From NCBI RefSeq assembly GCF_000019805.1, contig NC_010525.1, positions 1,258,618 to 1,290,617 of the forward strand: a stretch of 32,000 nucleotides of DNA, in the 5' to 3' direction. Origin of the DNA: Pyrobaculum neutrophilum V24Sta (GTDB lineage: Archaea; Thermoproteota; Thermoprotei; Thermoproteales; Thermoproteaceae). The first letter of the stretch is position 1. Each line of letters starts with the position of its first letter. The notes beneath the pieces were generated by a model, which was not told the DNA's origin, did not search any database, and was given only the letters and a program-made list of their open reading frames with translations. The position numbers and the translations under genes are program-made. Positions 1 to 8,703 of this stretch are shown here, piece after piece.

Positions 1-1
1 C

Positions 2-451
2 TTGGCGGCCTCTGGGAAAACCGTGGGCGCCGAGGTGCCTGCGTTGCCGGGGCTAGAGCGCCAGATCGCCGAGGCGGTAAACGCGCTGGCGCCGTACATA
101 AGCTTCGTAAACATCAACGAGCTCGACATCTCCGAGACCAACCGGGAGAGGCTAAGGGCTATGGGCTACAAGGCGGAGGGGCTAAACGTGGCAGGTAGCC
201 TAGAGGCGGCGAGGAAGATAGCGGAGATGGTCACGGTGCCGGCACACATATGCACAGGAAGATCAAAGGACTTGATACAGATGGGGACCCGGCTGTTTAG
301 ACACGCCATGGCCACCGCCGCGCCGGCTGAACACGTCCAAGACGACGGCACCGTGGCGTATGACGAAGAGGGGCGACACCCCAGAAGCCTATCGGCGAGA
401 AAGATTCGTATAAAGCTAAAGACGGGAGAAAAAACCCTCGAGATACAATAG
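2..451 (+). CDS. C-terminal part of a conserved hypothetical protein (5' end outside the window)
   Basis: The frame is open from the window edge to a stop at 449-451. I cannot assign any motif safely. Confidence 0.5.
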   Translation: MAASGKTVGAEVPALPGLERQIAEAVNALAPYISFVNINELDISETNRERLRAMGYKAEGLNVAGSLEAARKIAEMVTVPAHICTGRSKDLIQMGTRLFRHAMATAAPAEHVQDDGTVAYDEEGRHPRSLSARKIRIKLKTGEKTLEIQ

Positions 452-493
452 CCCACCCCAACGCAACAGTTGCTAATATTTTGAGAAAACTAC

Positions 494-799
494 GTGAAAT
501 CCGCAACGGCCCTGCTCCTCCTGGTGCCGCTTGCCCTCGCCGCCACAAACTCCACAGACCCCTTTGGAAAGATCGCAAAAACCATAGACAGCGTGCTCAC
601 CTCGGTGGACAACTTCCTCCAGAACCTAAAGGAGGTGCTGAAGACGCACGTGGCTTCCATGTCGAAAACGCTGTCTGTCATACTTGGGCTCGTAGGCGCC
701 TTCCTCTACTTCTCCGGCATAAACAAATACGGCGGACGAAGCATGCTGATAGGAGCAGTAGTTCTGTACATACTAGCCGAGTTCGTAAACGGGTTATAG
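494..799 (+). CDS. Small secreted/membrane protein with VirB2/TrbC-pilin-like topology
   Basis: GTG start lies downstream of an AATATTTT box. The layout is a signal peptide (MKSATALLLLVPLALA), an amphipathic helix, a hydrophobic helix (LSVILGLVGAFLYFSGI), a basic loop (NKYGGR) and a C-terminal hydrophobic helix. Confidence 0.6.
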   Translation: MKSATALLLLVPLALAATNSTDPFGKIAKTIDSVLTSVDNFLQNLKEVLKTHVASMSKTLSVILGLVGAFLYFSGINKYGGRSMLIGAVVLYILAEFVNGL

Positions 800-1004
800 C
801 CCCCGTTGCGGCTTCCGCCCCGCCAGAGGCTCAGGGCCCGTCCGCAGAGACGCCTAGGCCGCGGGCCGTGGGGGGCTGCAGCGGAAGGCCTTCGCTGTAG
901 ACCGTCTTGATACCTTTGATTGACCGGCCCCCGAGAACTGCAGCTTCTCTTCAAAAGATAGGCCACCGGGTAGACCCGCCCTGAAGGGCGGGGTCTCCAG
1001 TTAT

Positions 1005-1016
1005 AAAGCTTATAAA
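1005..1016 (+). promoter_or_regulatory. BRE/TATA element of tRNA-Ala
   Basis: AAAGCTTATAAA ends 20 nt before the tRNA 5' end. The identical 12-mer sits at the same spacing upstream of tRNA-Pro (11837-11848, minus strand). Confidence 0.6.
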
Positions 1017-1036
1017 CCCGCCCATATCTTGACATG

Positions 1037-1108
1037 GGGCCGGTAGTCTAGCGGAAGGATGCCCGCTTGGCGTGCGGGAGATCCCGGGTTCGAATCCCGG
1101 CCGGTCCA
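1037..1108 (+). tRNA. tRNA-Ala (anticodon GGC), intronless, no encoded CCA
   Basis: Hand-folded cloverleaf. Acceptor stem is GGGCCGG/CCGGTCC with the G3:U70 alanine identity pair. Anticodon arm is CCCGC-TTGGCGT-GCGGG and T arm is CCGGG-TTCGAAT-CCCGG. Confidence 0.9.
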
Positions 1109-1169
1109 CTTCATTAAATCTGGTGTTCTAGACGGTAATCTATAAAAACAACCATAATTCAATCTATTT

Positions 1170-2330
1170 ATGAACTCCAAGTATGGGCTTCTGATAATTA
1201 TGCTGGCTACGTTGATATATGCACAAGGCCTATTTACTGTCCAAACCGCGACGGATCCTAAGGGGGATTTCAACGGCCCGGGTTGGTACACACCCCCTCT
1301 TAACCCAGTGTTCAAAAACGGTACTGTTTTCGACATCACCAAGTTCGAGGTGCTCTATAACGCGTCATCTGACGCGCTTATTTTGAGGATAACCTTCTCG
1401 GACCTGGGCGGAAACCCGCTTAACTCAGAAACCGGGTTCTCTCTGCAGTACATCCAGGTGTATATACACAGGGGGTTCCCCGGCAACCCGTGGGGGACGG
1501 TCAGTTGTAGCGTTCTAAGGCCGGAGGACGGCAACCCCGCGGCCGGCAATGCCTTTTACGACGAGGCCACGCGCTTCTTCTGTCCAGATCCCGCGAACCT
1601 AACGCAGTTCAAGTACACGCCTGGGGTTAAGTTCTCCAGCTCCGCGCCCTGGGATGTGGCGATCTTCATAGGGCCGAAGTGGGGCAACGATACGGTGAAC
1701 CTAGTCGCCGTGGCCGATGTCACAGGTGGGACAATAAGCGTGTCCCCCCTGCCGCGTGTCTACACACAGGGAAGCTCTGTTGTGGCCGTTGTGCCTAGGA
1801 AGCTGATACCCCCAACGACCAGGTTCATGAGCGACTTTCCACAACCCACATGGAGATACTACGTGTTGGTAACCGCGTACGACCGCAACGGGCCTGGGAG
1901 GATAATACAGTTTGCCACGCAAGCCGACGCGTCTAAGGCCGGCGCCGGCTCTGCCAACGCCTCGGCGATTGCCTCAGGCACGTTGCCTAGAGTGTTCGAC
2001 GTGTTGGGACCCAACGCCCCGCTTAGGACGTTCTCCAAGGACTCCCCAGCTACGCTAGAGCCGCAGGCTTTGAGCTGGGGCAACTTCCCGTTGGCCTATA
2101 CCACATCCACTGTCAACAGGCTCGTGCCTGTGACGGTAACTAAGACGGATACGTTGACTGTGACAGAGACGGCCACAGCAACGCAATACATCACAACAAC
2201 AGCGACATCCTACGTCACGCAGACGCAACAGATCTACGTGCCGTATGTCGACCCGGTCAGCTACGTCGTACTTGGGATAGGGGTGTTAGCCGGGATAGCG
2301 GGGGCTCTTGCAGCCGCTAGACGTAAGTAA
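1170..2330 (+). CDS. Surface-anchored protein with a glucodextranase-C-like (SLH-like binding module) N-terminal domain
   Basis: Signal peptide, then DPKGDFNGPGWYTPP...FDITKFEV, which is typical of the Glucodextran_C family. It has a Thr-rich linker (TVTKTDTLTVTETATATQYITTTATSY) and a C-terminal TM helix with an RRK tail. A TATA box lies at about 1139-1148. Confidence 0.65.
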   Translation: MNSKYGLLIIMLATLIYAQGLFTVQTATDPKGDFNGPGWYTPPLNPVFKNGTVFDITKFEVLYNASSDALILRITFSDLGGNPLNSETGFSLQYIQVYIHRGFPGNPWGTVSCSVLRPEDGNPAAGNAFYDEATRFFCPDPANLTQFKYTPGVKFSSSAPWDVAIFIGPKWGNDTVNLVAVADVTGGTISVSPLPRVYTQGSSVVAVVPRKLIPPTTRFMSDFPQPTWRYYVLVTAYDRNGPGRIIQFATQADASKAGAGSANASAIASGTLPRVFDVLGPNAPLRTFSKDSPATLEPQALSWGNFPLAYTTSTVNRLVPVTVTKTDTLTVTETATATQYITTTATSYVTQTQQIYVPYVDPVSYVVLGIGVLAGIAGALAAARRK

Positions 2331-2547
2331 AAAGCTAATAGCCATAGGTTTTTTCTTGCTATTCCTCTCCTTTTCCATAGCTCTTCAGCAGTCGTATGTG
2401 CAGGCCCACTGTACAGAGGGCAGATGCCTAGACCCCTCCCTAGTTCTCTTATCGTTTCTACTTCTAATTGCGGGCGCCGCCGTGTTGTTCTACTCGGTTA
2501 CGCTCTTTATAAACACAAAAATTGAGGAAAACTTAAAAAGAAGATGA
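2308..2547 (+). CDS. Possible small two-TM membrane protein
   Basis: The only in-frame start is a TTG that overlaps the upstream gene by 23 nt. Two hydrophobic segments are present. The 3' part coincides with the AT-rich promoter of the next gene, so this may be spurious. Confidence 0.3.
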   Translation: MQPLDVSKKLIAIGFFLLFLSFSIALQQSYVQAHCTEGRCLDPSLVLLSFLLLIAGAAVLFYSVTLFINTKIEENLKRR

Positions 2548-2559
2548 AAACAATTAATC

Positions 2560-5151
2560 ATGAGACACAAAATGTTCCTATTGGTGCTCATGCTAGGCGT
2601 GTTCCTAGCGGCCCAGTACACCGCGCCGCACACGAACCCGGGACCTGCCGCGGATAGAATAGTCGGCAAGTCTGTCCCCATAGCACAGGCGGGGGCCGCG
2701 GTTAAGGCTGGAGACATAGACGTCTACATATTCGGCATGAGGGCAGCTCAAGCGGCTCCCCTCAAGGGAGACCCCTCTGTGGTTCTCTACACGGCTGCGG
2801 CTGGCTTCAACGACATTGTTCTGAACCCAGCGCCCTCGAACCCGCCTTGTGCCAACCCCTTCTCAAGCCGGGCGATTAGATACGCGATGCAGTTTGTAGT
2901 AGACAGAGACTACGTGGCAAACGAAATTTTCAAAGGCTTCGCAGTCCCCATGTACATATGGCTCTCCCAATACGACCCCACCTACTCGATAGTGGCGGAC
3001 ATAATCTCGCAGCTCGGCATTAGATACGACCTAGACTACGCAAAGGCGATAGTGGATAGCGAGATGCCTAAGCTCGGCGCCACCAAGGGGCAAGACGGCA
3101 AGTGGTACTGCAAGGGCAAGCCGGTCACGCTGATCGGCCTAATCCGTGTAGAAGACGAGCGTAAGGACATCGGCGACGCCTTTGCCTCCGCGCTTGAGCA
3201 GTTAGGCTTTACTGTAGACAGGAAATATGTGACATTCGACGTAGCTATTCAGACGGTCTACGGCACAGACCCAGCCCAGTTCCAGTGGCATTTCTACACA
3301 GAGGGTTGGGGCAAGGGCGGTATTGACAGATGGGATACGAGCTCCATATCTCAGTACTGCGCCTCGTGGTTCGGCTATATGCCGGGCTGGGGTACCACGG
3401 GTTGGTATAACTATGCCAATGCGACAATCGACGAGATAACCGACAAGCTGTACAAAGGAAAATACACCTCCTTCAAAGAATATGTAGAGCTATATAGAAA
3501 GGCCACCTTGATGTGTATACAGGAGTCTGTGAGGGTCTTCGTCAATACAAACCTCAACGCCTTTGTGGCATCTCCGCAACTTAAGGGAGTCACAGTTGAC
3601 CTAGGCGCCGGTCTAAGGGCTTCTGTCTACAACGCCCGCAACTGGTACGTCCCAGGTAGAGACGTAGTAAACGTGGGGCACCTATGGATATGGACCGCCT
3701 CCAGCGCATGGAACCCTGTGCCGCAGGGCGGTTTTACAGATGTCTACTCCGTAGACTGGTTCAGGATGATGTACGACCCCGCCGTGTGGAACCACCCATT
3801 CACCGGCGAGCCGATGCCCTTTAGAGCTACGTATGTCGTAGAAACCAAAGGCCCGGCCGGCTACTTCGACGTCCCTGCTGACGCGTATAGGTGGGACGCC
3901 AAGCAGAAGGCTTGGGTGAGCGCCGGGGGGGCCAAGGCTAAGTCAAAAGTCGTGTTTAATTACGCCAAGTACATAGGCGCTAAGTGGCACGATGGACAGC
4001 CGATTAAGCTTGCAGACGTATTGTTCATCTACGCATTCATGTGGGATATTTCAAACGACCCGCAGAAGGTCGCCCGCGAGTCCGGCGTTGCCTCGTATGT
4101 AAATGCCACGATGAGCTTAATCAAGGGTATACGGGTGGTCAACGATACAGCTATAGAGGTGTATATAGACTATTGGCATTTCGACCCCAACTACATAGCG
4201 TCTATGGCTGTATATACGCCGGATATGCCGTGGGAGATCTACTACGCCACGGATCAGCTCGTCTATGTAAAACAGACGTACGCCGCCTCCAGGGCGTCTG
4301 CGACTAAGTACAACGTCCCCTGGCTTTCCCTCATATTGAAAGACCACGCCAAGGCGGCAGCCGACGTGCTACAAGACGCCCTGTCTAAGGGCGTGTACCC
4401 AGAGAGCTGGTTTAAGATAGGCAACAAGACCTTGTTAACAAAGGACGAGGCTTTGGCGAGGTACAAAGCCGCTATCGACTGGTTTAACAAATACGGCCAC
4501 TTGATAATATCGCAGGGGCCCTTCTATCTATATGCGATAGACACAGCTAAGCAGTACATAGAGCTACGCGCCTACAGAGATCCCACCTACCCCTACAAAC
4601 CAGGGGCCTTCTACTTCGGCGTAGCTACACCGGTTTCCATAAAGGCCATAAACGTGCCGGCCGTCACGGTGGGCCAGCCTGCGTCTGTATCGGTCTCTCT
4701 GGAGGTGCCCACCGGCGCTGGAAAGATATACTACAAGTGGGGCGTGGTGGACCCCACCACTGGAAGATTCATTTACATATCTGAGGAGGCCTCCGCGGCG
4801 GGCGCCCCGCTAACCATAAACATGCCCGCGGACGTCTCGTCTAAGCTTACGGCCAACAAGCCGTACAAGTTCTGGGTTCTTACATACGCCGAAAATGTGC
4901 CTATAGTATCCGAGGCCACGCAGGTCTTTGTTCCAAAAGCTGCCGCCCCCGCAACTACCACGCCCGCCGCCACCACGCCTCCGGCGACCGCCACGCCGAC
5001 TGCGACACCGCCTCAGCCGACTGTTGCGACGACTACGGCGCCTGCGGCCGGGTCCACCACGGCCCTAGCGGCAGCTGTGGTGGGTATATTGGTGATCATA
5101 GCAGCGCTGGCCCTCGCCTTGAGGAAGAAAAGCGGCGGAGCTCAGCAATAG
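2560..5151 (+). CDS. ABC transporter substrate-binding protein, family 5 (Dpp/Opp type), membrane-anchored
   Basis: Signal peptide and a family-5 signature region (NPFSSRAIRYAMQFVVDRDYVANEIFKGFAVP). The C-terminus has a Thr/Pro-rich linker, a TM helix and a basic tail. Two Dpp-type permeases lie directly downstream. Confidence 0.85.
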   Translation: MRHKMFLLVLMLGVFLAAQYTAPHTNPGPAADRIVGKSVPIAQAGAAVKAGDIDVYIFGMRAAQAAPLKGDPSVVLYTAAAGFNDIVLNPAPSNPPCANPFSSRAIRYAMQFVVDRDYVANEIFKGFAVPMYIWLSQYDPTYSIVADIISQLGIRYDLDYAKAIVDSEMPKLGATKGQDGKWYCKGKPVTLIGLIRVEDERKDIGDAFASALEQLGFTVDRKYVTFDVAIQTVYGTDPAQFQWHFYTEGWGKGGIDRWDTSSISQYCASWFGYMPGWGTTGWYNYANATIDEITDKLYKGKYTSFKEYVELYRKATLMCIQESVRVFVNTNLNAFVASPQLKGVTVDLGAGLRASVYNARNWYVPGRDVVNVGHLWIWTASSAWNPVPQGGFTDVYSVDWFRMMYDPAVWNHPFTGEPMPFRATYVVETKGPAGYFDVPADAYRWDAKQKAWVSAGGAKAKSKVVFNYAKYIGAKWHDGQPIKLADVLFIYAFMWDISNDPQKVARESGVASYVNATMSLIKGIRVVNDTAIEVYIDYWHFDPNYIASMAVYTPDMPWEIYYATDQLVYVKQTYAASRASATKYNVPWLSLILKDHAKAAADVLQDALSKGVYPESWFKIGNKTLLTKDEALARYKAAIDWFNKYGHLIISQGPFYLYAIDTAKQYIELRAYRDPTYPYKPGAFYFGVATPVSIKAINVPAVTVGQPASVSVSLEVPTGAGKIYYKWGVVDPTTGRFIYISEEASAAGAPLTINMPADVSSKLTANKPYKFWVLTYAENVPIVSEATQVFVPKAAAPATTTPAATTPPATATPTATPPQPTVATTTAPAAGSTTALAAAVVGILVIIAALALALRKKSGGAQQ

Positions 5152-5199
5152 TCTATAAATAACTATATAAAAACCCCAGAAGCTTTTTAAAAACCGTTT

Positions 5200-6288
5200 T
5201 TGTCCCTTCCTATGGCTTCTCTTGTGAAGACCTTGGTCGTCAAGGCTTTGACTCTTGTGGTTGTCCTAATCGGGGTGCTTGTATTGTTGGCTGTGATACT
5301 GGGCGCCACCGGCCTTTCCAACAAGATTCTGAAATCCATACTAACGGCGGAGGTGCAGGAGTACAAACAGCAACTTATCAGACAGGGGCTTGACCCGGCT
5401 TCCGTGGAAAAGGCCGTGGCTGAGTACAACAAGACAAGGGCAGAGGCGCTTGGGTTAAACAAGGACTGGTACGTCAGACTGCCGCAGACAATTGTGCAGC
5501 TCTTGCTCCTAGACCTAGGCACCTCGAGGACGTTGCAGTCGTCGTGGGGCTCTAACAAGATTTCGGATCTGATAATGGACAGGCTCCCCAACACGATCAT
5601 ACTGACGACGAGTGGCATAGCCGTAACGGCGCTGGTGGGCATCTGGATAGGGCTCTACATCGGGTCAAACGTGGGGGGGGGGGGGAGAGCCGACAGGGTC
5701 ATATCGATACTCTCTGCCGCCTCATACGCACTACCGCTGTGGTTTGTGGGCCTGGTGCTGATCCTAGTGCTCGCCTATGCGCCGAAGATCCTCTGGGGAG
5801 TCCAGATATTTCCGCCGGGCGGCATGGTGTCAACGCCTCCTCCTAGGGAGCCGCTGGCCTACGTCTTAGACGTCTTGTGGCATCTCTCGTTGCCCCTTAT
5901 AGCTTCCTTCATCGTGTTTTTCGGAAGTTGGGCCTACAGCACGAGAAACATCGTGCTAAGCGTATCTCAGGAGGACTTCGTCGCGTTCGCGAGGGCTAAA
6001 GGGTTGCCCGAGAGCTTGGTTAGGAGGCGCTACATCCTCCGCCCCTCTCTGCCGCCAATTCTGACAAACCTAATCCTCAGCCTCGCATTCTCCATCTCAG
6101 GCTACATAATAACCGAGAGGGTCTTCAACTGGCCGGGGATGGGGTCTCTCTACTACGCCGCGATAACAGCTCTAGACGAGCCGGTTATATTTGCGCTGAC
6201 CTACATCTTCACGCTGGTGTACATAATAGCTAGGTTCATCCTCGAAATTCTCTACGTCGTTGTCGATCCCAGGATAAGGCTGGCATGA
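5200..6288 (+). CDS. ABC transporter permease (DppB/OppB type)
   Basis: Multi-TM protein with an EAA-loop region (ARAKGLPESLVRRRYILRPSLPPILT). It overlaps the next permease gene by 4 nt. Confidence 0.9.
   Translation: MSLPMASLVKTLVVKALTLVVVLIGVLVLLAVILGATGLSNKILKSILTAEVQEYKQQLIRQGLDPASVEKAVAEYNKTRAEALGLNKDWYVRLPQTIVQLLLLDLGTSRTLQSSWGSNKISDLIMDRLPNTIILTTSGIAVTALVGIWIGLYIGSNVGGGGRADRVISILSAASYALPLWFVGLVLILVLAYAPKILWGVQIFPPGGMVSTPPPREPLAYVLDVLWHLSLPLIASFIVFFGSWAYSTRNIVLSVSQEDFVAFARAKGLPESLVRRRYILRPSLPPILTNLILSLAFSISGYIITERVFNWPGMGSLYYAAITALDEPVIFALTYIFTLVYIIARFILEILYVVVDPRIRLA
5673..5685 (+). repeat. 13-nt poly-G homopolymer inside the permease CDS
   Basis: Counted directly: G at every position 5673-5685, encoding the GGGG of SNVGGGGRAD. 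Confidence 0.95.
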
Positions 6289-7700
6289 TTAGGGAGTTTG
6301 TCAGAAGCCCAGCCGGGTTGGTGGGGGCGGCTATACTGGCGTTGTTTACCTTAATCTCGTTGTATGTGCTAGTCACATATCCGCTGGACTATGGGACGAG
6401 GTACTGGTCCAACCCCAAACACTGGGAGGACTACCCAAAGCTGGTGCCGCCGGAGTGGGTGAACTACTTCTCCGCCCAGAAGCTGCCGAGGCACTACGTA
6501 AGCGAGCTCCATAGGCCAAGCGAAGTGGCGGGGAACATAAAGAGGTGGGTGTTTATCTACGAGTTTGACGCTGACAAGTTCCCAACAGGCATAATCCTCA
6601 AATACGACAACTTGACCTTCTACGGCGATCTACCCATCGTATCCCTGAAGGTGAAAAGGCCAGATGGGAAAGAGGTCGTGTTGTTGGACTACGACGGCGG
6701 AATACCTCCTCCACGCCCCGGCGAGCAACCCCCCTACGTCAGATTTGTGGAGAGCCCCAGGACGATCGTGCTGGGGGCAGAGCCCCAGGTCATAAGGAAG
6801 GCTACGGTATTTGCAAACGAGCTCGGGGTCAACTGCACCATCGCAGACGTGAGAGACGGCAATTTGCTCCCCTATATAGTATTCGGAGAAGCGGTGGGGC
6901 CCGGATGCGTCGCCGACTCCTTTAAGCCGCTTAGGGGCAGGTACGTATTTGAGGTGGAGCTTGTGGGGGACCCAAGAGACGGCGTTGGCCTCGTTAAACT
7001 AGTGGTGCAAGGCGCCGTGTACGGCTTTATGGGCACGGACTACCTAGGCCGCGACCTCGCCCAGGGGTTGCTCTTCGGCTTCCCCGTCGCCCTATTCATA
7101 GGAGGCGTCGTTGCGCTGTTCTCCACCTTAATCGGCATGGCCTTGGGCATAGTGAGCGGATACATAGGCGGAAAGGTGGACGAGGCTATCCAGAGGTTTG
7201 CGGATGTTATGAACAACCTACCGACGTTGCCTCTCCTGATACTCTTCGTCTTTGTTCTGGGGAGGAGCCTTTTCAACATAATACTGGTCCTGGTCCTATT
7301 TGGCTGGGCCGGCGTTACGATAATCGTGCGGTCTATGGTGTTGAGCATAAGAAATAGCCAGTTTATCGAAGCGGCGAAGCTCGCCGGCGCGGGGAGGCTT
7401 TGGATAATGAGGAAGCACGTACTGCCGCCGGTGCTGCCGTACTCCTTCGCGCTCATCATTTTCAACATCCCTGGGGCAATCCTCTCCGAGGCGGGCTTGA
7501 GCTTCCTAGGTCTAGGCGACCCCTCGATACCGACGTGGGGCCAGATACTGCAACAAGCCTTTGACAACGGGGCGTTGCAGAACTTCGCCTGGTGGTGGAT
7601 CTTGCCCCCCGGCATCTTGATCGTCCTCACCGCCGTCGGCTTCGTCCTAATCTTCTTCGCCTTGGAGCCGCTGGTAAATCCGAGGCTTAGGAGGCAATAA
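6285..7700 (+). CDS. ABC transporter permease (DppC/OppC type) with a long extracytoplasmic N-terminal domain
   Basis: EAA-loop region (AAKLAGAGRLWIMRKHVLPPVLPYSF) and a multi-TM C-terminal half. The start is coupled to the upstream permease. Confidence 0.9.
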   Translation: MIREFVRSPAGLVGAAILALFTLISLYVLVTYPLDYGTRYWSNPKHWEDYPKLVPPEWVNYFSAQKLPRHYVSELHRPSEVAGNIKRWVFIYEFDADKFPTGIILKYDNLTFYGDLPIVSLKVKRPDGKEVVLLDYDGGIPPPRPGEQPPYVRFVESPRTIVLGAEPQVIRKATVFANELGVNCTIADVRDGNLLPYIVFGEAVGPGCVADSFKPLRGRYVFEVELVGDPRDGVGLVKLVVQGAVYGFMGTDYLGRDLAQGLLFGFPVALFIGGVVALFSTLIGMALGIVSGYIGGKVDEAIQRFADVMNNLPTLPLLILFVFVLGRSLFNIILVLVLFGWAGVTIIVRSMVLSIRNSQFIEAAKLAGAGRLWIMRKHVLPPVLPYSFALIIFNIPGAILSEAGLSFLGLGDPSIPTWGQILQQAFDNGALQNFAWWWILPPGILIVLTAVGFVLIFFALEPLVNPRLRRQ

Positions 7701-7728
7701 ATTTAAAAAGCGGCTTTAATCCACGTCT

Positions 7729-8190
7729 GTGTCTCAGGAGATACGCGCCATTGTACGCATAGGGGATACCGACCTAGACGGCAACAAGCAGGTGGCATAC
7801 GCCCTGGCTAAAATCAGAGGTATAGGGATCGCCACCGCCTACGCCATCTGTTGGAAGCTCGGCATTGATCCGCATGCCGTACTCGGCATGCTTACAGACG
7901 ATCAGATCAACAAGCTGGACTGGGCCGTGAGGAACCTAAACGAGCTCGCCCCCGCGTGGTTCTTAAACAGGAGGAAGGACCCGGAGACTGGCAGAGAGCT
8001 GCACCTAATAGGCTCAGAGCTTGTGCTAGCGGCGAAGAAAGACGTTGATCTGATGAAGAAGCTGAAGAGCTGGAAGGGCGTTAGACACTCGCTCGGTCTT
8101 AAGGTTAGAGGCCAGAGGACTGTCACCACCGGCAGATTCGGCGCCACAGCCGGCGTCACCAAAAAGAAGGCGGCGGCCGGCGGTAAGTAA
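7729..8190 (+). CDS. rps13: 30S ribosomal protein S13 (uS13)
   Basis: The sequence IRAIVRIGDTDLDGNKQVAYALAKIRGIGIATA and a basic C-terminus are typical of archaeal S13. AAATTTAAAAAG at 7699-7710 ends 18 nt upstream of the GTG start. Confidence 0.9.
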   Translation: MSQEIRAIVRIGDTDLDGNKQVAYALAKIRGIGIATAYAICWKLGIDPHAVLGMLTDDQINKLDWAVRNLNELAPAWFLNRRKDPETGRELHLIGSELVLAAKKDVDLMKKLKSWKGVRHSLGLKVRGQRTVTTGRFGATAGVTKKKAAAGGK

Positions 8191-8223
8191 AAATTTAAAA
8201 AACGTGATGTGTAGCCCGGCGGT

Positions 8224-8703
8224 ATGGGCGGTTTAAAAAAGCCGAAGAAGAAATACCTCGCCGGCAAGCCCAAGAAGATATGGAACAAGCAGCTCCTATT
8301 GGAGGAGCTACAGCTAATGGGCGAGTACGGCCTTAGGAACAAGAAGGAGCTCTGGCTCGCGAGAGCCCACCTGAAGTGGATAGTGAGACGCGCCAGATCT
8401 CTACTCTCTATGACGGCAGAGGAGCGCGCCCCGCTTGAGCTGCCCTTCAAGGAGAAGCTGTACAAGATGGGCTTCATCGAGGACCCGAACGTCCCCCTCG
8501 ACAGAGTGCTATCTCTTGACGTGAGGGCTATCCTGGAGAGGAGGCTCCAGACTATTGTATACAGGATGGGCCTGGCGAAATCCATATACCACGCGAGGCA
8601 ACTCATCGTCCACGGCCACATAGCCGTGGCCGGGAGAAGGGTCTCCTCCCCAGGGTTTTTAGTGCCTAGGGAGCTTGAGGACAAGATCTCCCTAATACAG
8701 TGA
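8224..8703 (+). CDS. rps4: 30S ribosomal protein S4 (uS4)
   Basis: N-terminus KKPKKKYLAGKPKKIW...EYGLRNKKELW and an S4 RNA-binding domain (RRLQTIVYRMGLAKSIYHARQLIVHGHIAVAGRRV). It has its own AAATTTAAAAAA box at 8191-8202. Confidence 0.9.
   Translation: MGGLKKPKKKYLAGKPKKIWNKQLLLEELQLMGEYGLRNKKELWLARAHLKWIVRRARSLLSMTAEERAPLELPFKEKLYKMGFIEDPNVPLDRVLSLDVRAILERRLQTIVYRMGLAKSIYHARQLIVHGHIAVAGRRVSSPGFLVPRELEDKISLIQ

Noticed and set aside
1010-1342. 110-aa minus-strand ORF
   Set aside because: It spans the tRNA-Ala gene, its promoter and the start of the 386-aa gene, so it is not a plausible gene.
4930-5060. Repetitive ACC/GCC/CCG-rich DNA that might be a tandem repeat element
   Set aside because: It is in frame within the binding-protein gene and encodes a Thr/Pro/Ala linker before the C-terminal TM anchor. 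This is low-complexity coding sequence, not a discrete repeat array.
8204-8222. GTGATGTGTAGCCCGGCGG upstream of rps4, which resembles the C box plus guide of the sRNA candidate (GTGATGTTGTAGCTCGCGG)
   Set aside because: It is same-sense similarity only. No D/D' boxes follow, and the segment lies between the rps4 TATA box and ATG, so the resemblance is probably coincidental.
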